Below are positions 1 to 9,954 of a stretch of DNA of 64,000 nt, one piece after another. Both the position numbers and the translations under genes were made by a program. This DNA is from Thermoplasmata archaeon (lineage in GTDB: Archaea > Thermoplasmatota > Thermoplasmata > UBA10834). Where the stretch lies: the NCBI GenBank assembly GCA_020696395.1, contig JAEHCN010000001.1:1902-65901 (forward strand), written 5' to 3'. Each line of letters begins with the position of its first letter. Position 1 is the stretch's first letter. A model generated the notes under the pieces. That model was not told the origin of the DNA. It did no database searches and worked only from the letters and a program-made list of their open reading frames with translations.

Positions 1-1291
1 CGGATTGGCAACGGCCGTCATGTTTGGCAAGCTCGGACACGAGGTCGTGTGCGCTGATGTCGACGAGCGACGTGTCAGAGCCGTGAACTGTGGGAAGTCC
101 CCATTCTATGAGCCGCCTCTCGAGAAGGAGCTGTCGGGGCTGGTTAGGAGAGGGATGCTGAAGGCCACCAAGGACGTGATCGGCTCCGCGCGCGAGTCGG
201 CGTTCATCTTCATCTGCGTCCAAACCCCCTCCCTGTCATCCGGGCGCATAGATATTCGAGCGTTGAAGGCAGCGAGCAGGAGCGTCGCGAAGGCCATCCG
301 GAAGTCCGAAGATTACAGAGTTGTCGTGGTGAAGAGCACCGTGGTTCCTTCGACCACCGACACCGTTGTGAGAGAGGTGTTGGAGACGGGGTCTGGGAAG
401 ACCGCAGGCAGGGATTTCGGGCTGTGCATGAACCCCGAGTTTCTCCAGGAAGGGAGCGCTCTGAAGGACAGTATGGAACCATCGAGAATCGTCATCGGTG
501 CGATTGACAAGCGCTCTGGCAACGCGCTCATGAAGCTCTATTCTCCCATCAGCTCCGACAAGATACGGACCGATCTCCGCACGGCGGAGATGATCAAGTA
601 CGCATCGAACGCTTTCCTCGCAACTAAGATTAGCTACGCCAACGAGGTGGCCAATATCTGCTATCGACTGGGGATCGACTCCGATGTCGTGCTCAAAGCG
701 GCGGGGAAGGACCCGAGAATCGGCCCGCTCTTTCTCAGGCCAGGTCTGGGATTCGGAGGCAGCTGCCTTCCGAAAGACGTGAAGGCTCTGAGGCAGAAGG
801 CCCGGACACTACGGTACCCCGGCCGGCTCCTAAACGCGGTCTTGGCGGTCAACGACGAGCAACCGTCCGAAGCCTCCTTCATCCTCAAGGAGGCGCTGGG
901 GACCCTGAAGGGAAGGAGAATCGCGGTGCTTGGCCTCTCGTTCAAGGGAAATGTGGACGATGTCCGCGAGACTAGGGCCGTCCCCCTGATCACAGGCCTC
1001 TTGGCCAACGGAGCTGAGGTCGTCGCATATGACCCTATGGCGACATCCAACTTCATCGATCTCATGCCGACCATCATGTACGCTGCATCTGCTAAGGAGG
1101 CGTTGAACGGAGCTGACGCGTGCGTCATCCAGGCGGATTGGCCGGAGTTCAGACGGCTCGGAAGGAAGGAGTTCTCCAGGATGAGAAACGCTGTGGTCGT
1201 CGACGGCAGGAGGTTCCTCGTACCCGCGAAGGTCGAGGAGGCTGGAGCCCGCTATTACGGAATCGGATACAGACCTGCCAGTAAGCCATGA
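1..1291 (+). CDS. UDP-glucose/GDP-mannose 6-dehydrogenase family protein (nucleotide-sugar dehydrogenase), 5' end outside window
   Basis: Translation shows the UDPG/MGDP dehydrogenase central and C-terminal domains (GGSCLPKDV catalytic-Cys region). The NAD-binding N-terminus is missing by about 25 aa, so the TTG at 5 is unlikely to be the true start. Confidence 0.85.
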   Translation, partial: GLATAVMFGKLGHEVVCADVDERRVRAVNCGKSPFYEPPLEKELSGLVRRGMLKATKDVIGSARESAFIFICVQTPSLSSGRIDIRALKAASRSVAKAIRKSEDYRVVVVKSTVVPSTTDTVVREVLETGSGKTAGRDFGLCMNPEFLQEGSALKDSMEPSRIVIGAIDKRSGNALMKLYSPISSDKIRTDLRTAEMIKYASNAFLATKISYANEVANICYRLGIDSDVVLKAAGKDPRIGPLFLRPGLGFGGSCLPKDVKALRQKARTLRYPGRLLNAVLAVNDEQPSEASFILKEALGTLKGRRIAVLGLSFKGNVDDVRETRAVPLITGLLANGAEVVAYDPMATSNFIDLMPTIMYAASAKEALNGADACVIQADWPEFRRLGRKEFSRMRNAVVVDGRRFLVPAKVEEAGARYYGIGYRPASKP

Positions 1292-1355
1292 TTCGCTTTG
1301 AGTCACACCAAATCATAATAAGGAGTCGAACCTTCTAAGTTGACTTCGGGACGGC

Positions 1356-2201
1356 ATGAAGGTTAGCATTGTGCTCAACCTCCTGAATGAGAAGAGGCAC
1401 GTAAGAGACCTCCTCGACAGCTTGCTGGTTCAGGAGGGGCCGGTCGAGATTCTCGTCGTAGATGCCGGAAGCTACGACGGCACCATTGAGATTGTGAGAG
1501 CCTATGCCGAGAAGCACCCCGGGATCAGGCTCCACCAGCACCCTGGCACGAGGGGCGAGACAACCAACTTCGGAATATCCCAGGCCACTGGAGATGCAGT
1601 CGCGACGATCGGAGGTGACTGCATCGCGAACCCATTCTGGGTGAGCGAGTTGCGGAGATCCCTCAGGGACCACGATATCGTCGCCGGAAAGACTATCAAC
1701 ATAGGGTATCACGCGTTCGAGGACCTAGGGCGCGTTGAGCTGTTTCACCGCGGGATGGACATATCCCATCCCAGCGCGAGCATGGCCTGGAAGAGGGAGG
1801 TCCTGGACGCTGTCGAGGGCTTCGACCCTTGGTTCGTCACGGCGGAGGACATCGATGTCAACCTGCGGGCGGTCTCGATGGACTACACTCTCGGAGTGAA
1901 TGAGAACGCCATCGTGTATCATCGGACGAAAGGCAGCTTCAAGGGGTTCTTCAAGCAGGCCTTCTGGAATGGTTGGGGGAGGAAGCAGCTGACGATGAAA
2001 CACGGCTATCTCTGGTCGTCCTACAAACCAACCAGGCTGATCGAGACGTCGAAGTCCATCTGGGCAGTATCGAGGCTTGCAGTCGCCGTGCTCGGTTATC
2101 TCATGTGCAAGCTGTTCGAGACACCTCCGGAGGGTGGCGACAAGTCGAAACAGAGGCAATCCCGGACTGAGAGGTCGAGGCTTCTGTTTCCCGGGAGATG
2201 A
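1356..2201 (+). CDS. Glycosyltransferase family 2
   Basis: N-terminal GT2 fold signature (VSIVLN...VVDAGSYDGT, DxD-like region). The C-terminal ~60 aa are low confidence and overlap the next gene's nominal ORF. Confidence 0.75.
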   Translation: MKVSIVLNLLNEKRHVRDLLDSLLVQEGPVEILVVDAGSYDGTIEIVRAYAEKHPGIRLHQHPGTRGETTNFGISQATGDAVATIGGDCIANPFWVSELRRSLRDHDIVAGKTINIGYHAFEDLGRVELFHRGMDISHPSASMAWKREVLDAVEGFDPWFVTAEDIDVNLRAVSMDYTLGVNENAIVYHRTKGSFKGFFKQAFWNGWGRKQLTMKHGYLWSSYKPTRLIETSKSIWAVSRLAVAVLGYLMCKLFETPPEGGDKSKQRQSRTERSRLLFPGR

Positions 2202-2217
2202 TGTGTTGTCCGAGTCG

Positions 2218-2880
2218 ATGGTGTCGGTGATAATCCCCACGATGAACGAAGAGAAGAGCGTCGGCCTTGTGATTGAAGAGGTCAGGAACGCGTTCGCCGG
2301 AAGGCGAGAGGCAGAGATCCTCGTGGTGGACACGAACTCGAAGGATAGGACCACGGAGATAGCGGCGTCGCTCGGAGCGACCGTCCTCGATGAACCTAGA
2401 CGCGGTTATGGCAGGGCGTACAGGACAGGCTTCGAGAACGCCAAGGGCGATTTCATAGCGACCTTGGATGCCGACATGACCTACCCGGCGACTGACCTGC
2501 CTGGTCTCGTGGATATGCTGGACTCCGAAGGGCTGGATTTCATCACGACCGATCGGTTCGCCAGGATGGAAAAGGGAGCGATGAGGACTAAGCACAGGGT
2601 CGGCAACTGGGTCCTGTCAACCGCTATGCGACTACTCTTCAGGGTGCGGGTTCGAGACTCCCAGAGCGGGATGTGGATCTTCAGAAGATCCGTCTTGGAT
2701 GTGGTCGAGCTGGAGAGCCTCGAGATGGCGATGTCAGAGGAGATCAAGATCGAGGCGTTCAGGAAGGTGAGGGCGAAGGAAGTCCCGATAACCTACAGGG
2801 TGCGGATAGGTGAGGTCAAGCTGAACAGCTGGCGGGACGGTCTCGGCAATTTGAAGTTCCTGTTCAGGAAGAGATTCTGA
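2218..2880 (+). CDS. Glycosyltransferase family 2, dolichyl-phosphate mannose/glucose synthase-like
   Basis: From the ATG at 2218 the product reads MVSVIIPTMNEE...ILVVDTNSKDRT...ATLDADMTY, a classic DPM1-like GT2. The upstream part of the track ORF (from 2077) is non-protein-like. Confidence 0.8.
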   Translation: MVSVIIPTMNEEKSVGLVIEEVRNAFAGRREAEILVVDTNSKDRTTEIAASLGATVLDEPRRGYGRAYRTGFENAKGDFIATLDADMTYPATDLPGLVDMLDSEGLDFITTDRFARMEKGAMRTKHRVGNWVLSTAMRLLFRVRVRDSQSGMWIFRRSVLDVVELESLEMAMSEEIKIEAFRKVRAKEVPITYRVRIGEVKLNSWRDGLGNLKFLFRKRF

Positions 2881-2881
2881 G

Positions 2882-4777
2882 CTACTTCTTCCTTCTCCTC
2901 AGGAAGTTCGCGTATATCACAAACGCGACGCTGAGCAGCGCTATGGATGCGATCACGCTCACCGCCAACACCGTACCGATGCTGTCGGATGCCGGTTCGT
3001 GGATGAACATGGTGAGCACGATATCGTCTCCCGTCATCATAATCGACCGCTCCGAGAGGACCGTTCCATGGTCCACGTCGACGACATCGATCCTGATGAC
3101 CTCCCCCACAGCGCCCTGTTCAGGTACCACCAGATATACGATGCACGAGCCGTCGAGGCAGAGGACTCTGTGAGATTCCTCGCCTTCGTGATGCGTCACC
3201 ACCTCCAGCTGCCTTACCGGCACGTTGTTCCCTTGTCTGACCGTGACCTCTATCCCGATGAGCTTAGAGAGGGTGGCGTTCAGCGTCTGGTGGGAATGTA
3301 CTTCGTCCCCGACGAAGGCTGATGCCGAGATGAGCAGGTTGCCGACGACGCCTGCCACTCGGACTATGGGTGTCGAGGAGTGGGCCTCAGAGCACATGAC
3401 AAGACCGTGTGACCACACCTGGAAAACATAGACCGCGTACGCCGAGTAGTCCCATGTCTGGTCAGGATTCCAAGTCACAGTGAGGACGTCCGGCAGCAGG
3501 TCGCCGTCTGCGGTCGAATCGTCCACCTCGACGGCCGGTCCTGGCCCCGATGGGACTACCTCCCCGTCTCCCCGCAGAGCGAACGAGAACTCGTCCCACG
3601 AGGTCTCGGCTATCCGGAGTTCAGAGTATGCCTCGTCGAAACTTGTGTCTTCCGGGACGTACACTCCAAGGCCGAGCGAGACATCCATGCCTTCCGTTCC
3701 ACCTACATGAACCGTTTCGTGGCGTATGATTGCTGGTTGGTGCGATTGAGCGACGAGTAGCGCAGAGTACTTGACTTCCGCAGGAAGGTCACGCTCGCAC
3801 ACCTCCTCTGCGATGCTAGCCACATCGAGGTACCATGGCTCCTCGGAGCGCTCGGAGGAGCGCATCGCCGAGGATGTCAGGTCGTGATAGAGTCGGTCGT
3901 ATCCGAAACCCAAGACCGAGAGCCAGTCGAGGCTGTCGACGACATCGTCGATGTGACAAAGGTCGAAGGCGCCCATCGATGTGGAGCATGAGGAACCATA
4001 GAGCGCCCAGTCGATGTAGTCGTCCACGATGACCTCTGCGAACTCCTCGACCGACTGTGAGGTGTCTGATGTCAGATCGTTGATGATGTCCATGTACGGG
4101 AGTCCCTCGGAAGGCACGAGCAGCTCGCTCCCAACTAGGATGTCCGCATACCCGCTGACCTCGTAGGCGGTCTCCAGGGTAGCACCGTTGCATATGTCAA
4201 GCACGACCATGTCGATTCTTCTGTCAAGGGCCTCGCTGGTCATGGACAGCGCCGAGCGAAGCTCAGGAAGGGTCAGAATGTCGTACCCATCTGGGCACAA
4301 CCCTCTCCACCCCCCGCCGTGACCCCATAGGACCAGCACGAGGTTGTCGGCGGGGTATTGGGTCGCTGAGTAGACCACGAAATCTCGCAGTGTTGCAGAC
4401 GACCCCGTGTTGACCTCGTCTCCGCCCGGTATGACTTCTCCTCCGTCATCCAGCTCGGGAGACACGATGATGGGATCGAAGTAGTTGTCATCGTGCTCTA
4501 TCTTCAGCAGTCTGGAGTCGCCCTGTTCCGGCGGGTCCACCAGGACTATTACATCAACTCCTTCGGCGTGAGTAGCAGCCTCGAGTTCGTTGATATCCTG
4601 CGCCCACGGAGGTGGGTCATCGATGTCGGCCGCCATGTATACCATGACGGTCCATGTAGATGTCACCTGACCGACCAGCGCCTTCGGGTGCACCTGCGTG
4701 CCGGATACCACCATCGAAGCTGCCGCCACGGAAAGTAGCGCAAGACCTGCGACCCTTGAGCGATAAACAACCCCCAC
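2882..4777 (-). CDS. Clostripain-like (peptidase C11 family) surface protein with N-terminal signal peptide and C-terminal TM anchor
   Basis: Signal-peptide-like N-terminus. MVYMAADIDD and VLDICNGATLE motifs resemble C11 His/Cys dyad regions (compare FDACNM in the paralog at 55239). C-terminal hydrophobic helix followed by RRRKK. Stop codon is TAG. Confidence 0.6.
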   Translation of the reverse strand: MGVVYRSRVAGLALLSVAAASMVVSGTQVHPKALVGQVTSTWTVMVYMAADIDDPPPWAQDINELEAATHAEGVDVIVLVDPPEQGDSRLLKIEHDDNYFDPIIVSPELDDGGEVIPGGDEVNTGSSATLRDFVVYSATQYPADNLVLVLWGHGGGWRGLCPDGYDILTLPELRSALSMTSEALDRRIDMVVLDICNGATLETAYEVSGYADILVGSELLVPSEGLPYMDIINDLTSDTSQSVEEFAEVIVDDYIDWALYGSSCSTSMGAFDLCHIDDVVDSLDWLSVLGFGYDRLYHDLTSSAMRSSERSEEPWYLDVASIAEEVCERDLPAEVKYSALLVAQSHQPAIIRHETVHVGGTEGMDVSLGLGVYVPEDTSFDEAYSELRIAETSWDEFSFALRGDGEVVPSGPGPAVEVDDSTADGDLLPDVLTVTWNPDQTWDYSAYAVYVFQVWSHGLVMCSEAHSSTPIVRVAGVVGNLLISASAFVGDEVHSHQTLNATLSKLIGIEVTVRQGNNVPVRQLEVVTHHEGEESHRVLCLDGSCIVYLVVPEQGAVGEVIRIDVVDVDHGTVLSERSIMMTGDDIVLTMFIHEPASDSIGTVLAVSVIASIALLSVAFVIYANFLRRRKK

Positions 4778-4780
4778 GAA

Positions 4781-5335
4781 TCACACCATCCCAGCCATTC
4801 TGAGGCTCTTCCTCACAGTCGATTTGAACGAATCAAGATTGGCCCTGCGATATAGGCATGCCGCCGGATGGTATGCGATCATTCCTCGGAACCTCCTTGC
4901 GCCTACCTCCAGGGGGACCTCTTTGTTCGTGACATCTGCCATCTTCTTCGTGGTCCCGAAGAGACTGCGAGCTACAGTCTGCCCCATCGCACATATGACG
5001 ACCGGATTCATAGACGCCAGCTCGGTGCGTAAATGCTCAGCGCACGCGGAGAGTTCGTCCTGTTTCGGTCTCCTGTTCTCGGGGGGCCTGCATCGCACGA
5101 GGTTCGTTATGTAGACCGCTCCTCTGCCAACACCCGCCTCCTCGAGTGCCTCGTTCAGGATCCGGCCTGCCCTACCAACAAACGGCTCGCCTGCCAGATC
5201 CTCTTCCCGACCAGGGGCCTCGCCTACGAAGACTATCCTGGCTCCACGTGGCCCAATCCCGTTCACTATGTTGGCTCTTCCCGTCCATAGACGGCATTTC
5301 CTGCAGTTCGTCAACATGTACCCTGTGGATGTCAT
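4781..5335 (-). CDS. udg: Uracil-DNA glycosylase, family 4 (4Fe-4S)
   Basis: GEAPG motif (VGEAPGREED), an N-terminal Cys cluster and a family-4-like length of 184 aa. Confidence 0.85.
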   Translation of the reverse strand: MTSTGYMLTNCRKCRLWTGRANIVNGIGPRGARIVFVGEAPGREEDLAGEPFVGRAGRILNEALEEAGVGRGAVYITNLVRCRPPENRRPKQDELSACAEHLRTELASMNPVVICAMGQTVARSLFGTTKKMADVTNKEVPLEVGARRFRGMIAYHPAACLYRRANLDSFKSTVRKSLRMAGMV

Positions 5336-5336
5336 A

Positions 5337-5837
5337 TCACGTGAGGTCCTTCGCTTTGAAGATCGAGATCAGCTCGACGCCGCTGCTGGAAAGCGCGGAG
5401 GCTGCTCCCTCCTCCCTGTCGACGACGACGATGGCCCTGGAGACTCTAGCCCCCTTCTCCCTCAATGCGTGGACGACCCTCAACGTGGACCCGCCAGTTG
5501 TGGCGACGTCCTCGACTATCACGAACTCGTCCCCTTCGTGCACTTCACCTTCGACCAGTTCCTTTGTCCCGTGGTCCTTCGCCTCATTGCGGACCATCAC
5601 GTACGGCCGTCCAGTCTCCAGTGCGACCGCCACCGCGAGAGGCACTGCCCCAAGCGCCATTCCGGCTATCTTGCGGTCGTCAACATACGGCGCCATCGCC
5701 TTGGCAATCTCCCTTAGCACGGCCGGGTCTGTGCTCGCGCGTTTGATGTTCACGAAGTAGCTGCTCCGCTTCCCAGAAGCAAGGACGAAGTCTCCAGTTT
5801 GCACGACGTTGAGGTCCATCAGCATCTCTCTGAGCAT
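5337..5837 (-). CDS. pyrE: Orotate phosphoribosyltransferase-like (type I PRTase)
   Basis: PRPP-binding motif VIVEDVATTGGS and a PyrE-like N-terminus. Confidence 0.8.
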   Translation of the reverse strand: MLREMLMDLNVVQTGDFVLASGKRSSYFVNIKRASTDPAVLREIAKAMAPYVDDRKIAGMALGAVPLAVAVALETGRPYVMVRNEAKDHGTKELVEGEVHEGDEFVIVEDVATTGGSTLRVVHALREKGARVSRAIVVVDREEGAASALSSSGVELISIFKAKDLT

Positions 5838-5849
5838 GCGATCGTCACC

Positions 5850-6464
5850 TTACCAAGGCACATTCTTTTTTCCCATCTTATAACCTATTATGTTGATTCC
5901 GCGATGCAGGACCGGGACGATGATGAGAAGGGCGAAAAGGCCCCATATCGCGTTGCCCGTGACGTAGTGCTGGTCGAACCAGTCGAATCGGAATATCGCC
6001 AGCAGGATCACTGCTCCGACCACGAAGTTGTACTGGTCCAGTCCGGGCGCTCTTAGACCCCGGTCGACCCCAAGCCTTCTCTTCACGAACGATCCGATGC
6101 TGTCCCCGACCATCGAGCCAACGCTCAGGCACAGCACTACCAGCAGGGCGGAGGGCCATTCACCGAAAGTCCATGCGTCTCCAAGTTCCGCCGTCCGTGC
6201 CGTCCCGATCTGGAGGATTCCGAACAGCATGCCGCAGGTTGCCCCGCCGATGAACCCCCTCCATGTCTTGCCGTCTCCGAGTATCCGGCGCCCTCTCCAC
6301 GTCCTTCCGAAATCCATCGGCGTTCCCCCGCCGACAAGGACCGCAGCTGGGTTGGGTATGAGGGCCGGCAGCATCAACCACAGGCCTGCAAAGGCCGCCT
6401 CCAAAGGGGACATCTTCGGGGGCATATTGCAGAAGTGCATTATAACTGAAACGCAAGGGGCCAT
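5850..6464 (-). CDS. carS: CDP-archaeol synthase (CDP-2,3-bis-O-geranylgeranyl-sn-glycerol synthase)
   Basis: Polytopic membrane protein carrying the CarS/DUF46 signature GDGKTWRGFIGG. Confidence 0.75.
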   Translation of the reverse strand: MAPCVSVIMHFCNMPPKMSPLEAAFAGLWLMLPALIPNPAAVLVGGGTPMDFGRTWRGRRILGDGKTWRGFIGGATCGMLFGILQIGTARTAELGDAWTFGEWPSALLVVLCLSVGSMVGDSIGSFVKRRLGVDRGLRAPGLDQYNFVVGAVILLAIFRFDWFDQHYVTGNAIWGLFALLIIVPVLHRGINIIGYKMGKKNVPW

Positions 6465-6558
6465 CGTTCCTTAAGCGGTTTCGGATCAGCCATATCACGA
6501 TGTGAACTCACTTACGACTGGGACGTAGGCCCTGGCACACGTCCGATGTGGCATCGCC

Positions 6559-8457
6559 TTACGGCGGCTCTCCGGAGAAGAAGTCGAGCACGCATGGCAC
6601 GGGAAGGTCGCATCTCGAAGCGCCCAATACCTCCTCGAACTGGACCGCCCTTCTATCCAGCACCACAGCCATACCTCTGTCCGTCTCCGACCGTATCAGC
6701 CTGCCCACGGCCTGGAGCAGCTTCCTCCCAGTGGGCGCCTTGACGGCATGCTCCCAGCCGTCTCCGAACTTGATCTCGCAGAAGTACTGGAGCGCGCGAT
6801 GACGGGCTGTGGGTTTCGGATACGGTATGCCTGCGATTATCGCCAGCTCCATCTCGTCACCGGGAAAGTCTACCCCCTCGCTGACACGTCCGCCGGAGAC
6901 GGCGTGCATCACCGCGTTCCCGTGTGCGGACTTGAACTGCTGGACAGCATCCATCAAGTTCCTCTGCCCCATCGACCGCTCCTCCGTGTAGACATGAACC
7001 CCCGCGGCGAAGTCCACCAGGGTGCTGACTCGGTGCATGGTCGCGTACGAGGGGTAGAATATTATCGTGTTCCTCCTGCATGCCGACACGACCGATGTTA
7101 TGTGCGCTGCGATCCGGTCGACGATGTCAGGGTCTCGTTCCAGGTCCTCGTGCCTGGTCGTTACGTCGCCAACGAAGATTATCTTCCTGTTACGTGGGGG
7201 GAACGGCGACTCGATCTCTGCCCTCATGGAATCCCTCGGCAGCCCCAAGGACAGGACATAGTCGTCAAGCGGCCGCAAGGTGCCCGACATGTGTACGCTG
7301 GAGTGGCACTCGAGCACCGGCTGGCAGGCGATCGACGCATCGAGGCAGTATGCTTCGAAAGCGCTCGTGTCAGATTTGACCACCAGCTTGACGTATTCCC
7401 CCTCTTCCAGGGTGTGCCAGAGAGTAAGGAACCCCGCCACCCGGTGTATGTATGACCTCGGCAGCCTCCCCGCGCCCTTTCGAGCGTCGCGCACCATCTC
7501 TCCGTAGTTGCTCAGCTGGGAATAGACGCCCTTCAGCTTAGTGCTGGTCTGATGGGTTCCGAACATCAGTTCCTCCTCCAGGAAGGACTGAGGGATGATC
7601 CCGTCCTCGTCTATGAGATATTCCTCCACGGCCCGTTCCAGCGAGTTGCCGAGGAGGTCGACCAGGTCGCTCATGCTCGTCCCAACCGCCACCTCGGGGT
7701 CGCCGAACTCATCGATCTCGCTCTCGGCCAGCCTCAGGGTGACCTCAGAGAGCCTGGAGGACTTCAGCTCCCGGGCGAACGGTGGCAGGTTGTGCGCCTC
7801 GTCCACGATCAGGGCGACATCGCACAGAGAGCACCCCATCCAGTCGAGGAGCGTGTGTCTTATGAATCCATCGAAGAACATGATGTACGGCGCTGCGACC
7901 ACGTCCGCGGCTGGGAGATGCATCTTCGTCGCCTCGTACGGGCAGAGAGTCCGTTCCTGACAGTAGTCGGCGAACTCTTCCGCGGTCGGAAGCTCCCGCC
8001 TCAGATGCCTCGTTACCTCCTGCATGTCCTGCGACATTATGGACGCGAAGTAGACACACGCATCCTCCTCTCCACGCATGACCCTGGCCTTTCTCTCGCC
8101 ACAAACCTTCGAGAGCTCCTCAGGGTTCCCGTCGGCAAGCTCGGAATCGACCTTCGCCAAGGGACACATGTTCCTCCTCCCCTGGAGGGCTATGCCGAAG
8201 TGGTTCCTGGTGCCTTTTATGCCACGCAGCTCATACATGACCTGACGCTGCTGCGAGTTCGTGCGTGTCAAATAGAGCAGCTTCTTCCCCCGGCGGTGAC
8301 ACACGTCCAGGGCGCCGTAGAGTGAACACACGGTCTTTCCGGTCCCTGTCCCGCTCTCGACCACAAGATGGCCTCGGCTCTCGCATGCTGAACGGACGAG
8401 GTCGATAAGCCTCTCCTGACCTTGTCTAAGGCGATACGGAAAACCATCAAGTGACAT
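6559..8457 (-). CDS. xpd: XPD/Rad3-family 5'-3' DNA helicase (Fe-S helicase)
   Basis: DEAD_2 helicase motifs (GTGKT Walker A, VDEAHNL) and a four-Cys Fe-S insertion; 632 aa. Confidence 0.85.
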   Translation of the reverse strand: MSLDGFPYRLRQGQERLIDLVRSACESRGHLVVESGTGTGKTVCSLYGALDVCHRRGKKLLYLTRTNSQQRQVMYELRGIKGTRNHFGIALQGRRNMCPLAKVDSELADGNPEELSKVCGERKARVMRGEEDACVYFASIMSQDMQEVTRHLRRELPTAEEFADYCQERTLCPYEATKMHLPAADVVAAPYIMFFDGFIRHTLLDWMGCSLCDVALIVDEAHNLPPFARELKSSRLSEVTLRLAESEIDEFGDPEVAVGTSMSDLVDLLGNSLERAVEEYLIDEDGIIPQSFLEEELMFGTHQTSTKLKGVYSQLSNYGEMVRDARKGAGRLPRSYIHRVAGFLTLWHTLEEGEYVKLVVKSDTSAFEAYCLDASIACQPVLECHSSVHMSGTLRPLDDYVLSLGLPRDSMRAEIESPFPPRNRKIIFVGDVTTRHEDLERDPDIVDRIAAHITSVVSACRRNTIIFYPSYATMHRVSTLVDFAAGVHVYTEERSMGQRNLMDAVQQFKSAHGNAVMHAVSGGRVSEGVDFPGDEMELAIIAGIPYPKPTARHRALQYFCEIKFGDGWEHAVKAPTGRKLLQAVGRLIRSETDRGMAVVLDRRAVQFEEVLGASRCDLPVPCVLDFFSGEPP

Positions 8458-8532
8458 CTGCGAAGTCCGAGAGACAAGTGCGCTCTAAACGCTTTGCCCT
8501 GCATCGGCGAATATAGGCAATAGGGGGTCGGC

Positions 8533-8988
8533 CTACTCCCTAGACCATATGTCTTCGGGGATATCGTCGTAGACTGTCGTGTCTTCGTCTAGGTTATCCT
8601 GGAACCTACCTCTCCCGTATATCAGCTCGGATATGCGTTCCTTCTGGAACATCCAGTAGTGGATGCGCCATTCCCGGCCGTCGTACAGGGTGGTCTCCTC
8701 GCGCTCGGTCGTCAGGATGCCCGCGTCCTCCAGCATATAGAACGCATCCCTGTCCTCAGGCTCGAGCACGTTGTCGATTATCCTCTCGCTGTATCCGAAG
8801 AAGTTCATGACATGCTGAGCCATCGCCCTCGCCTCTTCCTCGGGCATGCCCTGCTTGTCGATGCTGTTCTTGATCGCCTTCGTGAGATGCTCGACAGTGA
8901 GCGTCGCATTGGCGACGCTAACGTCTGACTTCTTCAGCTTCGTGATGATATTCAAGGATTCACTCAACGGTTCTACACGTCTTTTCAT
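8533..8988 (-). CDS. Hypothetical conserved protein (151 aa), transcribed ahead of xpd on the same strand
   Basis: Protein-like composition; no family recognised from sequence. Stop codon is TAG. Confidence 0.5.
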   Translation of the reverse strand: MKRRVEPLSESLNIITKLKKSDVSVANATLTVEHLTKAIKNSIDKQGMPEEEARAMAQHVMNFFGYSERIIDNVLEPEDRDAFYMLEDAGILTTEREETTLYDGREWRIHYWMFQKERISELIYGRGRFQDNLDEDTTVYDDIPEDIWSRE

Positions 8989-9150
8989 AACAAACCTGCC
9001 CCCGAACCTCGAAAAACCCCTTGCTCTCGCAACAGAGATTTATTTAGATGGTCGAGGTATAAATACCTTGGCTTTCGACGAGCGCATTGCACGATATTAC
9101 GGGATTATGCGATGTCGTCGGGATCCGAAAGAGGATACTGGTGGTCATAC

Positions 9151-9453
9151 ATGTTGGCGGAGTTCAGTGTCGTGCCTGTCGGAGCAGGTGAGAGCGTGAG
9201 CCGGTACGTTGCGGATTGCCTTAGGATCGTCGACAAGTCTGGTGTCGATTATCACCTCAATCCGATGGGCACCGTGCTCGAAGGGGATTTCGACGATGTC
9301 ATGGCAGTGATTGCCGCCTGCCACAAAGCAATCACTGCCTCCTGTGCTAGGGTCCTGACGACCATAAGGATCGACGATCGGAGAGGCACTGAGGACGGGC
9401 TCCGCTCGAAGATCGAGTCAGTCGAAAGCAAAGTGGGGAAAAGACTAAGATGA
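9151..9453 (+). CDS. MTH1187/YkoF-family protein (thiamine/ligand-binding ACT-like fold)
   Basis: From the ATG at 9151 the product begins MLAEFSVVPVG...LNPMGTVLEG, typical of the MTH1187 family (~100 aa). The upstream 13 codons of the track ORF are unlikely to be coding. Confidence 0.7.
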   Translation: MLAEFSVVPVGAGESVSRYVADCLRIVDKSGVDYHLNPMGTVLEGDFDDVMAVIAACHKAITASCARVLTTIRIDDRRGTEDGLRSKIESVESKVGKRLR

Positions 9454-9492
9454 AGGGGTTTCAGAGGTAGCCAGGGATTCTCAGGCGCACGG

Positions 9493-9954
9493 TCAGAACC
9501 GCAGGCCCAGACCAGAGAACGGTCCCCAGAAGCCCACCAGTATTATGAGCACGGTCGCGCTCAGAATGAGAGCCACCCTGACCCACTTGTTCATATCGGT
9601 CCTCATCAACGCCCCGAGTAGCATGGCGGCGGTAATGACGAACAGGCCAAGAGCCTTCACGACCATCCCCGCATCCACACCAGTGGCTGTGTCTGCGACG
9701 CCATAGATTATGGATCCGATCATCAGCAGGAACAATCCTGCGACGACTCCGAGGGCAAGCCAAAGATCCGAAGCGAAAGCCCTTACGTATTCGCTTGCCG
9801 GTTTGTGTACCGGTTGGTACTGCATTCCATAGGCAGGGTACGGCGCCTGCTGTGGGGGTTCATTACTCTGTTCAGGAGACATTTTTATCCCTTCCGACCG
9901 CATATTGATTGGCTGGGGAATATCTTTTTCGCAAAAACTATATAAAGCCGGCAT
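9493..9954 (-). CDS. Small integral membrane protein (3-4 TM) with Pro/Gln-rich N-terminus
   Basis: Hydrophobic helices. The true start is probably an internal Met (M18 or M25), because a TATA-like element (ctttatatag on the minus strand, about 9939-9948) lies inside the first codons of the track ORF. Confidence 0.5.
   Translation of the reverse strand: MPALYSFCEKDIPQPINMRSEGIKMSPEQSNEPPQQAPYPAYGMQYQPVHKPASEYVRAFASDLWLALGVVAGLFLLMIGSIIYGVADTATGVDAGMVVKALGLFVITAAMLLGALMRTDMNKWVRVALILSATVLIILVGFWGPFSGLGLRF

Noticed and set aside
2861-2884. TAG stop of the C11 peptidase followed 6 codons later by TGA; similar TAG stops at 8533, 15202 and 59739 (possible amber read-through or Pyl organism)
   Set aside because: Products terminate at sensible positions relative to homologous families, and TAG is used by several conserved genes. 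This argues for ordinary termination rather than genome-wide amber reassignment.
5146-5760. 204-aa and 149-aa plus-strand ORFs across udg/pyrE
   Set aside because: Antisense shadow ORFs of two confident genes; Ser/Pro/Thr-rich with no motifs.
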